From positions 8,336 to 72,335 of the forward strand of contig JAVBPL010000067.1 in the NCBI GenBank assembly GCA_031549645.1: DNA of 64,000 bases, read 5' to 3'. Positions 19,959 to 28,800 of this stretch are shown in pieces. Below the pieces are notes generated by a model. That model was not told where the DNA came from. It ran no database searches and worked only from the letters and a program-made list of their open reading frames with translations. How positions within the stretch are numbered: the first letter of the stretch is position 1; every line of letters begins with the position of its first letter. The position numbers and the translations under genes were made by a program. The DNA comes from Ruminiclostridium sp. (GTDB taxonomy: Bacteria > Bacillota > Clostridia > Oscillospirales > Ruminococcaceae).

Positions 19959-21125
19959 ATGTTTGTATCTGAAATAAAAAATGAACTAATAAATCATATT
20001 GCCCCGTTTTGGGGTAACCTCCGTGACCATGAAAATGGCGGTTTTTACGGGTTTATGGATAGCGATTTGAATTTAGATAAAGCTGCCGACAAGGGCGTTA
20101 TTCTCCATGCGAGAATACTTTGGTTTTATTCAAATTGCTTCCTTGTACTAAAGGAACTTAAATACCTCGATATGGCAAGGCATGCCTATCTTTTCCTTAC
20201 AAATTACTGCGTTGATAAGGAAAACGGCGGTGTATTTTGGTCTGTCGATTTCAAAGGTAAGCCTGTTGATACCATGAAGCATATTTATTGTCAGGCTTTC
20301 TTTGTGTATGCGCTGGCAAGCTATTTTGATGCCAGCGGAGACAAGGAGGCACTAGGTTTAGCGTATGAGGCTTTTGATGTAATCGAGAGCAGGGGCAGAG
20401 ATGATATTTCGTATCTCGAAGCAATGACCGCTGACTGGAAGCCTACAAAAAATGAGGCACTTTCCGAAAACGGCATAGATGCTGAAAAGACGATGAACAC
20501 GATACTTCATTTAATTGAAGCATATACTGAGTTATTAAGAGTTGATGGTAATAAGCGAGTACGGGAAAGGCTTGAGTTCCTTTTAAATTTCACCTATGAA
20601 AAGATATTTGATGAAAAAGAAAACAAGCTTTTTGTTTTCTTTGATAATGAGATGAAGGTCTTGGGTGACATACATTCCTACGGGCATGATATCGAAGCTA
20701 CCTGGCTCCTCGACAGAGCCTGTGATGTAATATGCGATGAACAGCTTTCGAAAAAAATAGCTTCAATGAATAAAAAGATAGTGGATAAAATAAGTAGCTG
20801 TGCTATTGAAAACGGCGTGCTTAATAACGAACGCGATGGTAGTGAGATAAACAAAAAGCGTGTTTGGTGGGTGGAAGCCGAGGGTGTGGTAGGCTTTGTA
20901 AATGCGTATCAGCGTTATAATGAAGCAAAACATCTTGAAACCGCAAAGTCGCTCTGGGATTATATAAATAATTGTCTAGTCGATAAACGTGAAAATGGTG
21001 AATGGCACTCGGAAATAAACGCCGACGGCATTAATCCAAATAAACCCGTTGTTGAACCGTGGAAGTGTCCCTATCATAACGGTCGTATGTGCTTAGAAAT
21101 AATAAGCAGAAATGTGATAGTATGA
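19959..21125 (+). CDS. cellobiose 2-epimerase (AGE family)
   Basis: KGVILHARILW, MNTILHLIEAY, SYGHDIE, WWVEAE, WKCPYHNGRMCLE. Confidence 0.88.
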   Translation: MFVSEIKNELINHIAPFWGNLRDHENGGFYGFMDSDLNLDKAADKGVILHARILWFYSNCFLVLKELKYLDMARHAYLFLTNYCVDKENGGVFWSVDFKGKPVDTMKHIYCQAFFVYALASYFDASGDKEALGLAYEAFDVIESRGRDDISYLEAMTADWKPTKNEALSENGIDAEKTMNTILHLIEAYTELLRVDGNKRVRERLEFLLNFTYEKIFDEKENKLFVFFDNEMKVLGDIHSYGHDIEATWLLDRACDVICDEQLSKKIASMNKKIVDKISSCAIENGVLNNERDGSEINKKRVWWVEAEGVVGFVNAYQRYNEAKHLETAKSLWDYINNCLVDKRENGEWHSEINADGINPNKPVVEPWKCPYHNGRMCLEIISRNVIV

Positions 21126-22102
21126 AGAAAAAAATATTAAGCTTAATAGTTTCAGCCTTACTCTTAACCTCCTGCAAAACAGCAGAGCAAAAGATAGGCG
21201 ACGAAATTAAAATACCTATTTATGAAAGTGAAGAAATCAAGTATAACACCTGTAAAGCAGAGTATGTAAATCTCTCCGAAAACATTGCCATACCTGCTTC
21301 TATCGGCTATTTGTATCAGGATAAAATTAAAAGTACGGTGGAGGGAAATCTGCTTGCTTATAATGCTGCCACAGGCTCTAAAATCAAAGAGGGTGACATT
21401 ATCGCTGCGATTGACAGCTCGAGCAGGGCGTATGAGCTTAGTGCGCAGGAGATAATAGTAAGCTCAGCTTACTCGAATTATCTTGCGACAGGCAGTGAGG
21501 CGGATTTACTTAAATACCAGCTTGAAAATGAAATTCTTAATCAATTAAAATATGAGCTGGATTGCTACAACATAAGGGCACCTTATGACTGCATAATAGT
21601 CTCAACACAGCGATTTGCGACAGGCGATGTAATAGGTTACGGTCAGGAGCTTGCAGCAATTGCAAAGCCTGATGAAGCCTATATTTATTGTAATAAGGAT
21701 ACTGCGAATTTAAGGCTTGGTATGGATATTTCGGTTAAGCTTTCTAATTCAAATTATAATGGCAAAATAATATCATATTACGCTGATTTCCCCAAAACCG
21801 CCAGTCGAGAGTTGAATAATATTGCGATAATTGAGATGCTCGAGGGTGAAATGGAGCGACTGATAGAGGATACTCCGAACGCAGTTTCGGCAGGCTGGGC
21901 AACAATTTACGCTACTATTACTGAAAAGAACAATGTACTAGCGGTAAATGCGCAGGCAGTTAAAACCTTTAACGGTAAAACATATTGTTATGTAATAGAA
22001 AATAATGAAAAAATACAGTTAGCAGTAGAAACAGGCATAACGCTAAACGGTCAAACCATAATACTCAGCGGACTAACAGAGGGAGACGTAGTTTCTTTAT
22101 AA
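21122..22102 (+). CDS. efflux membrane-fusion (periplasmic adaptor-like) lipoprotein
   Basis: Lipobox LLTSC, lipoyl half-motifs (IKEGDIIA, IRAPYD), C-terminal VETG...ILSGLTEGD. Confidence 0.7.
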   Translation: MKKKILSLIVSALLLTSCKTAEQKIGDEIKIPIYESEEIKYNTCKAEYVNLSENIAIPASIGYLYQDKIKSTVEGNLLAYNAATGSKIKEGDIIAAIDSSSRAYELSAQEIIVSSAYSNYLATGSEADLLKYQLENEILNQLKYELDCYNIRAPYDCIIVSTQRFATGDVIGYGQELAAIAKPDEAYIYCNKDTANLRLGMDISVKLSNSNYNGKIISYYADFPKTASRELNNIAIIEMLEGEMERLIEDTPNAVSAGWATIYATITEKNNVLAVNAQAVKTFNGKTYCYVIENNEKIQLAVETGITLNGQTIILSGLTEGDVVSL

Positions 22103-23046
22103 TGAAAATCGCTATATTTGATAAATCTGCAATAGTTTCTGATGAAATATCGCTTGATACTTTTTTGAAGTACGGCGATGTTTCTGTTTATGATTACTGC
22201 AATGCTGAGGCCGTTCGTGAAATTTCAAGAGACTGTGATATTATTCTCTGCAACAAAACGCCTATGAATGAACTAACACTTGAGTACGCCGATAAGCTTA
22301 AATATATAGGGCTTTTTGCGACTGGTTATAATAATATTGACCTTGATTTTGTAAAAAAGCAGGGGATAATAGTTTCGAACGCACCTAATTATTCCACCTC
22401 TGCTGTTGCGCAGCACGTTTTTGCGTTAATTCTGGAGATTTACAACAAGGTAGCAGGGTATGATGTATCGGTTAAAAATGGCGACTGGATAAGGAGCAAG
22501 GCATTTTCATACTTTCCGATGCCCTTATATGAGCTTGGTGGTAAAACTATCGGAATAATAGGCTTCGGCTCAATTGGAAAGCGTGTTTACGAAATAGCAC
22601 GGGCCTTTGAAATGAAGGTAGTGATTTATACCCGAACCCCTGATTATTCGTATGATGCAGATTTTGTCACGCTTGATGAGTTAATTTCGATATCTGATAT
22701 AGTGACAATACATTGCCCACTAAACGAGCAGACCAGGTACCTGATAAATGCTGAAACACTCTCAAAAATGAAAGCGAATAGCATTTTAATAAACACCGCA
22801 AGAGGACCTATTGTCGATGAACAAGTGCTATATAATGCGTTATCGAATAAGGTGATTATGGCGGCGGGAATTGATGTTCTCGAAACAGAACCCATGAAGC
22901 CCGACTGTGTACTTAAAAACGCCCCAAATATCATCATAACACCCCATGTTGCCTGGGCAGGAGTTGAAACCAGACGTAGACTTGTTAATTTGGTGGAGGA
23001 AAACTTAAAGGCATTTTTATCAGAAAAACCACAAAACCTGCTGTAA
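22102..23046 (+). CDS. D-2-hydroxyacid dehydrogenase (glycerate dehydrogenase-like)
   Basis: ATGYNNID, GIIGFGSIG, HCPL, INTARG, DVLETEP, TPHVAW. Confidence 0.9.
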   Translation: MKIAIFDKSAIVSDEISLDTFLKYGDVSVYDYCNAEAVREISRDCDIILCNKTPMNELTLEYADKLKYIGLFATGYNNIDLDFVKKQGIIVSNAPNYSTSAVAQHVFALILEIYNKVAGYDVSVKNGDWIRSKAFSYFPMPLYELGGKTIGIIGFGSIGKRVYEIARAFEMKVVIYTRTPDYSYDADFVTLDELISISDIVTIHCPLNEQTRYLINAETLSKMKANSILINTARGPIVDEQVLYNALSNKVIMAAGIDVLETEPMKPDCVLKNAPNIIITPHVAWAGVETRRRLVNLVEENLKAFLSEKPQNLL

Positions 23047-23086
23047 TATCTACACTGTAATATAAAAAGAAAGAAGGTCATCAAAA

Positions 23087-23461
23087 ATGGTTCAGCCTTA
23101 TCTAAGCTTTAATGGTTGTTGTGAAGAAGCGTTTAATTTTTATGCTGAATGCTTCGGCGGAAAGGTTTTAGCAATATCACGATTAAACAATGACCCCAAT
23201 AATCCCGTTATGCATTCACAGGTGCAGCTCACCGAGTCTGGCGGAAGTGTCAGCGGCGCAGATACTAATGAACCCGTTATAATTTCTGGAATGAATATCC
23301 TTGTGTTTCTGCCGTGTGAGAAAATTAATGACATTGCCGAGAAGCTCTCTGTCGGTGGGACATTACTTGCACCTTTTACCCCTCACCCGCCACCTGACGA
23401 CGCAGGCGGCAGTGCGGCAGTTCTCGACAAATATGGTTATACCTGGATTTTAGCTGGTTAA
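23087..23461 (+). CDS. VOC/PhnB-like protein
   Basis: PYLSFNG, EEAFNFY, VMHSQ, DKYGYTW. Confidence 0.8.
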   Translation: MVQPYLSFNGCCEEAFNFYAECFGGKVLAISRLNNDPNNPVMHSQVQLTESGGSVSGADTNEPVIISGMNILVFLPCEKINDIAEKLSVGGTLLAPFTPHPPPDDAGGSAAVLDKYGYTWILAG

Positions 23462-23475
23462 TTTATAATAAGCTT

Positions 23476-23510
23476 AGGGCAGAAGAATTTATTTTCTTCT
23501 GCCCTTTCTT
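23476..23510 (+). terminator. intrinsic terminator
   Basis: AGGGCAGAAGAA-6 nt-TTCTTCTGCCCT followed by TTCTT. Confidence 0.8.
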
Positions 23511-23584
23511 AATGCATAAAATCCGTAACAGGTTTAGTAAAGCGTTCATATAATGATAATATTAAAAGGGGGTTGATAACACCG

Positions 23585-24025
23585 ATGGCATACAGTGACA
23601 GGGAGCTTCTCGCCAGAATAATACAGTGCGAGGCAGGCGGTGAAGGTGATAATGGAATGAGAGCGGTTGCGACAGTAATAATGAACAGGGTAAATGCAAG
23701 CACTGGTGAATATCAAAGAGTTGGACAGGGAAGCATCCAAAAGGTAATATTTCAACCTGGACAGTTTGATTGTGTAAGAGATATTGTGGGTGGCAGACCA
23801 AACCAACAAACGATTTACAATATGCGTCCCACAGATGAGCATTATGCGATTGCGGACTGGGCACTAGGCGGAGGGCTTCTCGGTGCGGCAGGTAACTGCT
23901 TATGGTATTTTAATCCGTATGCGCCTTGCGTGCCTGAGTTCCCTTACAATGGCTCGGGTACCTACCACACATCAATCAATGCGCATTGCTTTTACCGCCC
24001 GACAGTAAGATATGCACAGACATAA
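23585..24025 (+). CDS. CwlJ/SleB-type spore cortex hydrolase (Hydrolase_2)
   Basis: LLARIIQCEAGGEG, AVATVIMNRV, QPGQF, WYFNP, HCFY; no signal peptide, as in CwlJ. Confidence 0.82.
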   Translation: MAYSDRELLARIIQCEAGGEGDNGMRAVATVIMNRVNASTGEYQRVGQGSIQKVIFQPGQFDCVRDIVGGRPNQQTIYNMRPTDEHYAIADWALGGGLLGAAGNCLWYFNPYAPCVPEFPYNGSGTYHTSINAHCFYRPTVRYAQT

Positions 24026-24038
24026 GGAGATGAAATGA

Positions 24039-24530
24039 ATGTGTAATAACGGAAAATACATACGAAATAGGAGAAATTCGATGACACAGCAAAATCCAAA
24101 TCAAATATACATCAACGGATATTTTACCCCCTCAAGCACAGGGAGCACCGCAGGTATTATGAGTAACGATATAGATGCACAGTATCTCAGGCAGTCGCCG
24201 CAGACCACAGAGAACAATAATCCAAACACTATGGGGATTATTAGCACACCAGTTGCAATGGAAACAGAGGTCTTAGTCCCCGAAACCCTTGAAAGCACAC
24301 TTTTTGTTCCGGGTTTTCTAGGAACCCAGATAGGTAAACTGATGCGGGTAGAATTCCTTATCGGCAATAATACCCTTGATAGAGTAGGTGTACTTAGAAA
24401 GGTCGGCGCGAGCTATATTATTCTTCAGCCCTTTGGTGAAAGCACCTCGGTAATGTGCGATCTGTTTTCCATAAAATTTGTGACGATAATAAACACTCCG
24501 CTTGACGGAAATATGGTGGTAGTGCCGTAA
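24039..24530 (+). CDS. GerQ-like spore coat protein
   Basis: Low-complexity N-terminus plus IGKLMRVEF...GVLRKVGASYIIL beta domain, directly after the cwlJ-like gene; alternative start 24081. Confidence 0.5.
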   Translation: MCNNGKYIRNRRNSMTQQNPNQIYINGYFTPSSTGSTAGIMSNDIDAQYLRQSPQTTENNNPNTMGIISTPVAMETEVLVPETLESTLFVPGFLGTQIGKLMRVEFLIGNNTLDRVGVLRKVGASYIILQPFGESTSVMCDLFSIKFVTIINTPLDGNMVVVP

Positions 24531-24540
24531 GCTTATATGA

Positions 24541-24585
24541 AAAGGCTGGAACTAGTTTGATAAACAAACTAGTTCCAGCTTTTTA
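24541..24585. terminator. bidirectional intrinsic terminator
   Basis: GCTGGAACTAGTTTG-5 nt-CAAACTAGTTCCAGC 15-bp stem with flanking A and T runs. Confidence 0.88.
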
Positions 24586-24586
24586 T

Positions 24587-25459
24587 TTAACTCGAATATT
24601 CAAGCTTTCTGTATCCTGAGGGAGTGCATCTCATATAGGTTTTGAAATCGCGGTTAAAATGACTTAAATTATTGTAACCGCACTGAAAAGCAATGTCTGA
24701 AATTTTCCTGTCAGTATTAATGAGCAGAACACGGCTCTTGCTTATTCGGTATTTATTTAGATAATTAGTAGGTGTTACGCCATGCAGCTTCTTAAAATAT
24801 CTGCAAAAGGTTCCGACTGATAAATGCACCTGCTTTGCGAGTGCCTCGGTGGTGATTTCCTCGTCATAATGCTCATGTATGAAATCAACAGCAGCGAGCA
24901 TTCTATTATACAGCTTCTGATAGCTTTGAATTGTCGTAATATTTACATATTGATTATTATAAATCATATTCCACAAGATAAATATAAAGCCATCAAACTC
25001 AAGCTGCCATAATTCGACATTAGGTTTCTTTCGGAACTGTATCAGCTTGTCTAAAATTTGCAGGGCTTCTCTCTGCCAGCTAACCCTTGCACTTAAAACC
25101 AGTATGTATGACTTACTCCTGAAAAGCAAGGGCTGGACAAAACGACGGTACCCCTTACCCTCGAAAAGCAGAACATTAAAGCATATAGTATCATATATAC
25201 ACGAAACGCCGTCAAGGCTGTTTGCCCAGTGACTAAGATTTGGGGGAATGAGCACGGCTTCTCCCTCAGAAAGAATTAATTCCTCGTCCTCAATTGTAAG
25301 CACCATTCTTCCCGACTTAACGCATAAAAATTCAATTTCCTCATGAAAATGCTGAACCATAGTGCTTCCAGGAAATACCTCCTTATGGTTGATTGTGAAC
25401 TGATAACCCTTAACCTGATTAGGTATTTCATCGCTATAATAGTTTTCTGTTTTCACCAT
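24587..25459 (-). CDS. AraC-family regulator with cupin sensor domain
   Basis: HFHEEIE cupin motif; double HTH (FCRYFKK, IAFQCGYNNLSHFNRDFK, TPSGYR). Confidence 0.92.
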   Translation of the reverse strand: MVKTENYYSDEIPNQVKGYQFTINHKEVFPGSTMVQHFHEEIEFLCVKSGRMVLTIEDEELILSEGEAVLIPPNLSHWANSLDGVSCIYDTICFNVLLFEGKGYRRFVQPLLFRSKSYILVLSARVSWQREALQILDKLIQFRKKPNVELWQLEFDGFIFILWNMIYNNQYVNITTIQSYQKLYNRMLAAVDFIHEHYDEEITTEALAKQVHLSVGTFCRYFKKLHGVTPTNYLNKYRISKSRVLLINTDRKISDIAFQCGYNNLSHFNRDFKTYMRCTPSGYRKLEYSS

Positions 25460-25834
25460 AAATCCTTTCCCCCATAAAAAAATAATTTTACGCAAGAGCT
25501 TAAAATCATAATAAGATATTCATATAAAAAAGTCAAGCAAAATGTCAAAAATGTATTATAAATCAGTTGTAAAGTATCAATGTAATGAGCGTATTTTGCC
25601 GATAAATATAGTAAAACGATTACATTGATAAAAACATAACATGTCAAAATTGTATTATTGTGCGACGATATAATATTTGTTATCATAATAACTGGTTTTT
25701 ATGTCAAAATCCTATCTATTTTAAGCAACAGGGTGTTATTCTTAATAAAGCTTTAGTGTTAATATTTAATAAAGATTTGAAGAAATACTGGTAATCTTTA
25801 TTAAAATGATTTGTTTATCAAGAGGAGGATTTTG

Positions 25835-28800
25835 ATGTCTAAGAAAAGAATTAGTGCATTATTAATGGCTGCGGTTATGGCTGCGAGCTATGTATTGCCG
25901 CAGACGGTCAGCGCAGCGGCTCCAGGCGGCTCAGATAGTGTTAATCTCGAATGGCAGATTAACGGCTCTGATGTAAATGTGAGCAGAATAGGTACTGACA
26001 GTCACCTATTAAAGCTCGAGGGACTTAATTTTGGCTCTAAAAAAATCCCCACAAGTGACGGGGTACTGAATATTATTTATGACAGTAGGGGTCAGAACAG
26101 CACAAGGCAGTATTCTGTGTGGACGGATTTGTCAGGCGATGGAAGCGAAATAAGTGATTATTCCTTTGCGTCACCTGCCAATCGTGATGCAGGAAAATTT
26201 GTAACCTCTAAGGATTATAGCTCGGGAACGCCTTCTATAAGCATCGATATACCAAATGAGCTGCTTTATAACGGAACCGATATAGCAACCACACTATATG
26301 TCTTAATACATACCTATAATCCTGCTTCGGATTTACCCGCAAATCAGAGAGGCGGCGGAACAAATCTTGAGTTTGATAGATTTAATAAAATTTCGCTTAC
26401 AGGAACCCTAACAGGCTCAAAATGGGGTATTAATAACGGTGATACAGATGTAAGCCGTGTAGGTACCGATAATCATGTGATTAAGCTAAGTAATCTTGAT
26501 TTTGGTCCAAATAATATACCCTCAAGCGGAGGACTGCTGGAGCTGAATTATGACAGCAGGGGACAAAACAGCACCAGACAGTATTCGGTATGGACAGATT
26601 TATCAGGGGACAGTAGTGATATAAACGATTATTCGTTTGCTTCACCTGCAAATCGTGATGATGGTAAAATCGTTACTTCAAAGGATTACGCCTCGGGTAC
26701 AGCCACGGTAGGTATTGAAATACCGCTTGAGCTGCTTTATGACGGTGTTAATACAGCATCTGAAATTTACGTTAATCTTCATGTTTATAATCCCGCCAGC
26801 GATTTACCAGATAATCAGAGAGGCGGCGGTACAAAGCTTGAGTTTGACCGACTAGATAATATCACACTCACAGATGTAAGTCTCGATAAGCAGTATTCAT
26901 GGGGATTAAACCCTGACACAGCAGATGTAACCCGTACAGGTACCGACAGCCATGTAATTAAGCTCGAAAACATCGGAATAACTAGGGCTGATATTCCCTT
27001 TATTCTTGAAAGCCCTGCCATTACTCTTGATATTATGTACGGCAGCAGCGGACAAAACAGCACCAGACAGTATTCGGTTTGGACAGATTTAAGCGGAGAT
27101 GCAAGTGAAGTTGGAGACTATACCTTCGCTTCACCTGCTAATCGTGATGCGGGTAAGCTTGTTACCTCGAAGGATTACAGTGCAGGAACACCGCTCGTAA
27201 GCATTGATATTCCGAAGGAACTGATTTACGACGGAACTAATATTGCTTCTGAAATTTATGTAACTATTCATGTTTATAACCCCGCCAGCGATTTGCCAGA
27301 TAACCAGAGAGGCGGCGGAACCAAGCTTGAATTTGACAGACTGAATAAAATAGCGCTTAATATACCTTGTCTTTCAGAGATTATTTTAACCGAGGATACA
27401 TTTACGCACATAACTCTGACACCTGGAGCCGACCCCTCTATGATGGGCTTCGCATGGTTTACAGAGAAAGGAACGACCTCTACATCGGCAGTACAGGTTA
27501 CAGCAAAAGCTAATTTAGTCGATGGTAAAATGCCTGATGGTGCATCGAAATTCTACGGTACAAATGGAACAGGTACATCACAATATGATACTAATAAAGC
27601 GACCGCAACAGGTCTTGTAAAGAACACAGAATATGCTTACAGAGTAGGCGACAGCAACAACTGGAGTAATGTATATACCTTCAAGACCTACGACCAGGAC
27701 GGCAAATATAATGTTATTGTAGTTGCCGACCCACAAATCTCCGCTGAGGACGATTACATTGTTTGGAAGGACACCGTAGCCAAGGCAGTAGCAAAAGCGG
27801 GCGGCGCAAGCTTCCTTATGAGTGCGGGTGACCAAGCAAATTACAGTAATGACCTTGCTGGTATGGAGGATTATCTGTCTCCGAGGGAGCTCTTAAATCT
27901 GCCTGTTATGGCGGCAGTCGGTAACCACGACAATGATTTTAAGAATGGGCTTGAAGAAGTGGCCCTGCTCTCCCTGCTTTACAACTGGCCGAATTACGAT
28001 GATTTGACCGACAAGACAACCGACCTTGCACGAATTGTAGGCGGTGGGGATTACTATTTCAGCTACGGCAACACGTTATATATTACGATAAATTCGTTTG
28101 CCGATAACAGAACGGTTGATATACACAGAACATTTATGGAGGAAGCGATTGCTTCTCACCCTGATGCAGTATGGAAGGTTGTTCTGTTCCACCATGACAT
28201 TTACGGTGTCGGCGACCATGCAGGAATTGGCTACGGAGACTCTGCCGCCATGCAGGCAACCTGGTCACCCTTCCTCGATGAATTTGGTATCGATATTGCC
28301 TTTAACGGACATGACCATATTTATGCACGTTCCATGTTCATGAAAAACAACGAAATAATGAAATATCAGATGCCAGCGGTACTTGATGTTAATGAAAACA
28401 GTATTTATAAAGAAAATGCTGGTGTTTACATTCAGCCTGATGGTATACAGTATATGGCACTGGCGACTGCGGGAACGAAGTTCTACAATCCTGAAATGCA
28501 GCCTTGGGTTGCGTATACACCAGGTAGGCTTGATGTTCCTGAATACACAATCATGTCGATTGACGGTGATTCACTTACAATAACTACCTATCGTACTGAT
28601 ACAAATAAGCAAACCGACAGCATTACTATTAGGAAAAAGGCACTGTTCAGCGATTTGCAAAGCTTAATCTCGGGCTCGGAGTCTCTCACCAGAGGCGACA
28701 CCACTGATGCAAGCTGGAACGCATTCCAGAACCAGATAATAACCGCAAAGGCTGTATCAAGCTCTGCATCAGCGGCTGATATACATCAGGCGTACCTTGA

